DNA of 63,676 nucleotides, filler included, from Actinobacteria bacterium UBA7524 (GTDB lineage Bacteria; Actinomycetota; Coriobacteriia; Anaerosomatales; UBA912): NCBI GenBank assembly GCA_002478275.1. It is 7 parts of 6 records of this genome, joined end to end, with 100 filler letters (N's around TTAATTAATTAA, not from the genome) between each part and the next. Parts side by side here need not be neighbours in the genome. Positions count along the whole stretch, not along the records: positions 59,984 to 63,676 come from DLMY01000041.1; 6 more parts are not named here. One strand, 5' to 3'. Shown piece by piece: positions 61,505 to 63,676 of this stretch (position 1 is its first letter; each line of letters starts with the position of its first letter). The notes under the pieces were generated by a model. It saw only the letters and a program-made list of their open reading frames with translations, ran no database searches and was not told where the DNA came from. The position numbers and the translations under genes were made by a program.

Positions 61505-62890
61505 CTAGGGCCGATCGAGCAGTTCCCTTAGGAACGTCGGATTGAGGTACAGCGATCTGGCGGTTACCTTGGTCCCGCCTGGGCCAGAACGCAGGCCCTT
61601 CTTCGGATCCTGCGTGTTGATTAGGCAGACACGGGTGTCCTTGGTAGAGGCCTTCGGCAGCCTGTCCAGCCTCCCAGCGATGACAGCCTTCTGAGAGCGA
61701 ATCCAGACCTTCCTCACCGAGGCGATGTTCTGCTTGCCGAACGAGTGGAACCGGATACGGGCCACTCTCTCATCCCCGAGGCGGTCCTCCGCAAGGACCA
61801 CGAAGATGTGTCTCTTCATGATTGTTCTTGCAGCTGGAGAGGTCTCCCAGGTCTGGTTGCCTATGGAGTTCATGTCCAGCCCACAGAGCAGGACGTTCTC
61901 CTTGGGTCGCAGCCGATGGTTCAGGCGTACTACGCGGAGCACGGCGTGTTGCTTCAGGTACTCAATCGACGCCGGCGCGCACTCGCGCTCCAGGGCCTCC
62001 ATGATGACGCCGTTGCGCCATCCCGTGTCCTTGTGGTTGCGATTCACAGTACCTGCACGCTCATCGATCTCTGTGGGAGTGAGCCCTCGTGCCTGTGACA
62101 GCACCCATTCAATATCCTGCTCGGCCTTCAGGTGGGCGACTGCTCCGTCGGATTCTGCGCCATGCGCCAGAGGAAGCCTCCGTCGTGCTTCGGTGGCTTC
62201 TAGCGGAGACACCCCGCCGAAGCCACCTTGGACCAGACGACCGACGGCAGAGGACAACCGCTCCCGATCGAGCATCACGGTGATCATACGAACTGCGGTG
62301 AGCAGGTTGTTGTACCTGCCCCTCTCCGTCGGCCCGCCACCGGTGCTGTACCTCACATCCTCATTCAAAGCCACGGCATCTACCAGATGCAGCACGTTCA
62401 GCGTTGCCATCGGCCCGATTGTCGGGGCCAGAGACTCAAGCTGAGATACGACCGGCGCTGGTGGGCAATACCGCCATCCGTCCTGCGTGGAGGTATGGTC
62501 GAGCATGTATGCGTCTCTCAGAAGGAGAGTGGCAACGATATCCAGGGCTTCGATGCCCCTAGGGTCCCGGCGCAAGTCTTCGAGCCACCCGTAGAGCTCG
62601 CCGAACGTGGGCAACAACCCCGTGTCGCCCCTGCCCTTCCACAGCTGGGGAGTCATATCGTACGGGTACTTCAGCGCGTCCTTGCCCGGCTTCCTGAATC
62701 GGATGCGATATCCGTTAGGCAGGTGTGAGTACGTGGTTACGCACGTATTCCGTTCGCTGCCCGGCCAATGAGCGGCTTCGTCAATTGCCTCTTTGCGACG
62801 TTGCAGACTAGCGCCGAAGGCCGCATCGAGGTCCTCGAGGCCCTGTCCCAGCAGTTGCGCAATTGTGCTTTCAGCCAAGTGATCTCCCAT
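61505..62890 (-). CDS. Putative restriction endonuclease with a Sau3AI/MutH-like C-terminal domain
   Basis: C-terminal VVRLNHRLRPKENV...WETS...VW...LPKAS...SLYLNPTFLRELL; adjacent to the Sau3AI-like MTase. N-terminal domain not recognised. Confidence 0.6.
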   Translation of the reverse strand: MGDHLAESTIAQLLGQGLEDLDAAFGASLQRRKEAIDEAAHWPGSERNTCVTTYSHLPNGYRIRFRKPGKDALKYPYDMTPQLWKGRGDTGLLPTFGELYGWLEDLRRDPRGIEALDIVATLLLRDAYMLDHTSTQDGWRYCPPAPVVSQLESLAPTIGPMATLNVLHLVDAVALNEDVRYSTGGGPTERGRYNNLLTAVRMITVMLDRERLSSAVGRLVQGGFGGVSPLEATEARRRLPLAHGAESDGAVAHLKAEQDIEWVLSQARGLTPTEIDERAGTVNRNHKDTGWRNGVIMEALERECAPASIEYLKQHAVLRVVRLNHRLRPKENVLLCGLDMNSIGNQTWETSPAARTIMKRHIFVVLAEDRLGDERVARIRFHSFGKQNIASVRKVWIRSQKAVIAGRLDRLPKASTKDTRVCLINTQDPKKGLRSGPGGTKVTARSLYLNPTFLRELLDRP

Positions 62891-63043
62891 GGGCGTCAAT
62901 CTAAGACTAGCCCGTTTGCGACAAGTTCCCAAGCTGTCTTCTGAGGGGTCGGGCTGCGGCCTGCCTAACGTCGAACGGGTCATGTTTGCAGAATGTCTGC
63001 AAGACGGCCGGAATCGCCCCCCGTACCACGTTTGCGCTTCTAG

Positions 63044-63066
63044 TGGCGGAGAGGCTGGGATTCGAA
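63044..63066 (-). repeat. Isolated tRNA 3' fragment (Ser-like), probable att site of an integrative element
   Basis: Minus strand TTCGAATCCCAGCCTCTCCGCCA gives T-loop, 3' T-stem, acceptor and CCA; the 5' T-stem and the rest of the tRNA are absent. Confidence 0.65.
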
Positions 63067-63361
63067 ACCTCATAGCCTGGGATGCTTGCTACACGGTTCT
63101 CAATCGGCGGCAGGTGGCGACTGCCACACCAGCCTGCGGCGTCTCGCGTCGGGAGGGGGTCGGACTTCGAGCGTCATCAGGCTTCGAACACCGAACTCGA
63201 GTATAGGTCACCGCGCTGACAAGTGGCTGGCGCCACGGCCGAAGCGCTGGATTGCGGCGCTGGGGAATGGGTCGGGCCCGAGCCTTCGCCGCCGAAATCG
63301 GGCGGGTGCGATAACCACCTGGGGGTATGGGCCGGTCGCTGACTCACCCAAGGCGGAAAGC

Positions 63362-63393
63362 GTAGCACCCCCGTGGGGGCTCGGGGGTGCTGC
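63362..63393 (-). terminator. Terminator hairpin downstream of the sortase gene
   Basis: GTAGCACCCCCG/CGGGGGTGCTGC 12-bp stem. Confidence 0.55.
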
Positions 63394-63448
63394 TTCAGAC
63401 TATTGAAACCCGCGGCCGAGAGGGACCGCCGGGGTTCCCGAGGGGACG

Positions 63449-63676
63449 TCAGTCGCCGGTGTCACCGTTCGAGTAGCCCTCTATCAGCTCGGCGTGCACT
63501 AGCAGTTTGCCGTCCTCAACGTGATACGCGCACGTAGAGAGTGTGAGCGTCCGTCCGGCAGGATCCGGCCGGAAACCCGGATCCAGAAACGCACGATCCG
63601 CCCAGCGCGCAATGCGATCCGAGTACGGCCGCATGACCGGGAACGCGAACGCGTCGTCGGAGCCATCGGCCACACG
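63449..63676 (-). CDS. Class B sortase, C-terminal fragment
   Basis: RTLTLSTCAYHVEDGKLLVHAELI matches the SrtB TLSTC catalytic segment; truncated by the window end. Confidence 0.7.
   Translation of the reverse strand, partial: RVADGSDDAFAFPVMRPYSDRIARWADRAFLDPGFRPDPAGRTLTLSTCAYHVEDGKLLVHAELIEGYSNGDTGD

Noticed and set aside
63070..63440. GC-rich intergenic stretch as a structured ncRNA or small ORF (63086..63406)
   Set aside because: No recognisable family motif beyond a terminator hairpin; the ORFs look like GC-driven noise.

Overview
This window is not one continuous locus. It is seven scaffolds joined by N-padded TTAATTAATTAA linkers (8516, 11465, 37320, 49126, 54308, 59928), so adjacency across linkers carries no biological meaning. 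The GC-rich DNA, CWB2-anchored surface protein, multiheme cytochromes, metK insertion and non-frameshifted prfB suggest an anaerobic actinobacterium, probably Coriobacteriia (inference). Contents: (1) a phoR-phoP pair divergent from pstSCAB, plus a YiiX-like amidase/lipoprotein pair; (2) two multiheme cytochromes c; (3) thiT-thiN under an atypical TPP-like riboswitch, glpX, rsmB-fmt-def-priA-metK with a SAM-I riboswitch, a 2954-aa teneurin-like Rhs protein with a coupled candidate immunity gene, gltX, tRNA-Gln, tRNA-Glu and rnpB; (4) an ABC-F ATPase, tRNA-Val, surface-glycan genes and a large NHL/repeat surface protein; (5) a three-gene methyltransferase/nuclease-helicase module bounded by integron attC sites; (6) prfB, a predicted selenocysteine-containing di-heme lipoprotein and a CARDB/PKD/CWB2 protein; (7) a Sau3AI-like R-M pair, a tRNA 3' fragment and a class B sortase fragment. 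The strongest leads are the TPP riboswitch variant whose pyrophosphate pocket is replaced by a Watson-Crick helix, the ~5 kb integron cassette with a split-methyltransferase defence-like module, the UGA-recoded (U-G-C) cytochrome with a SECIS-like hairpin, and the teneurin-like toxin/immunity pair.
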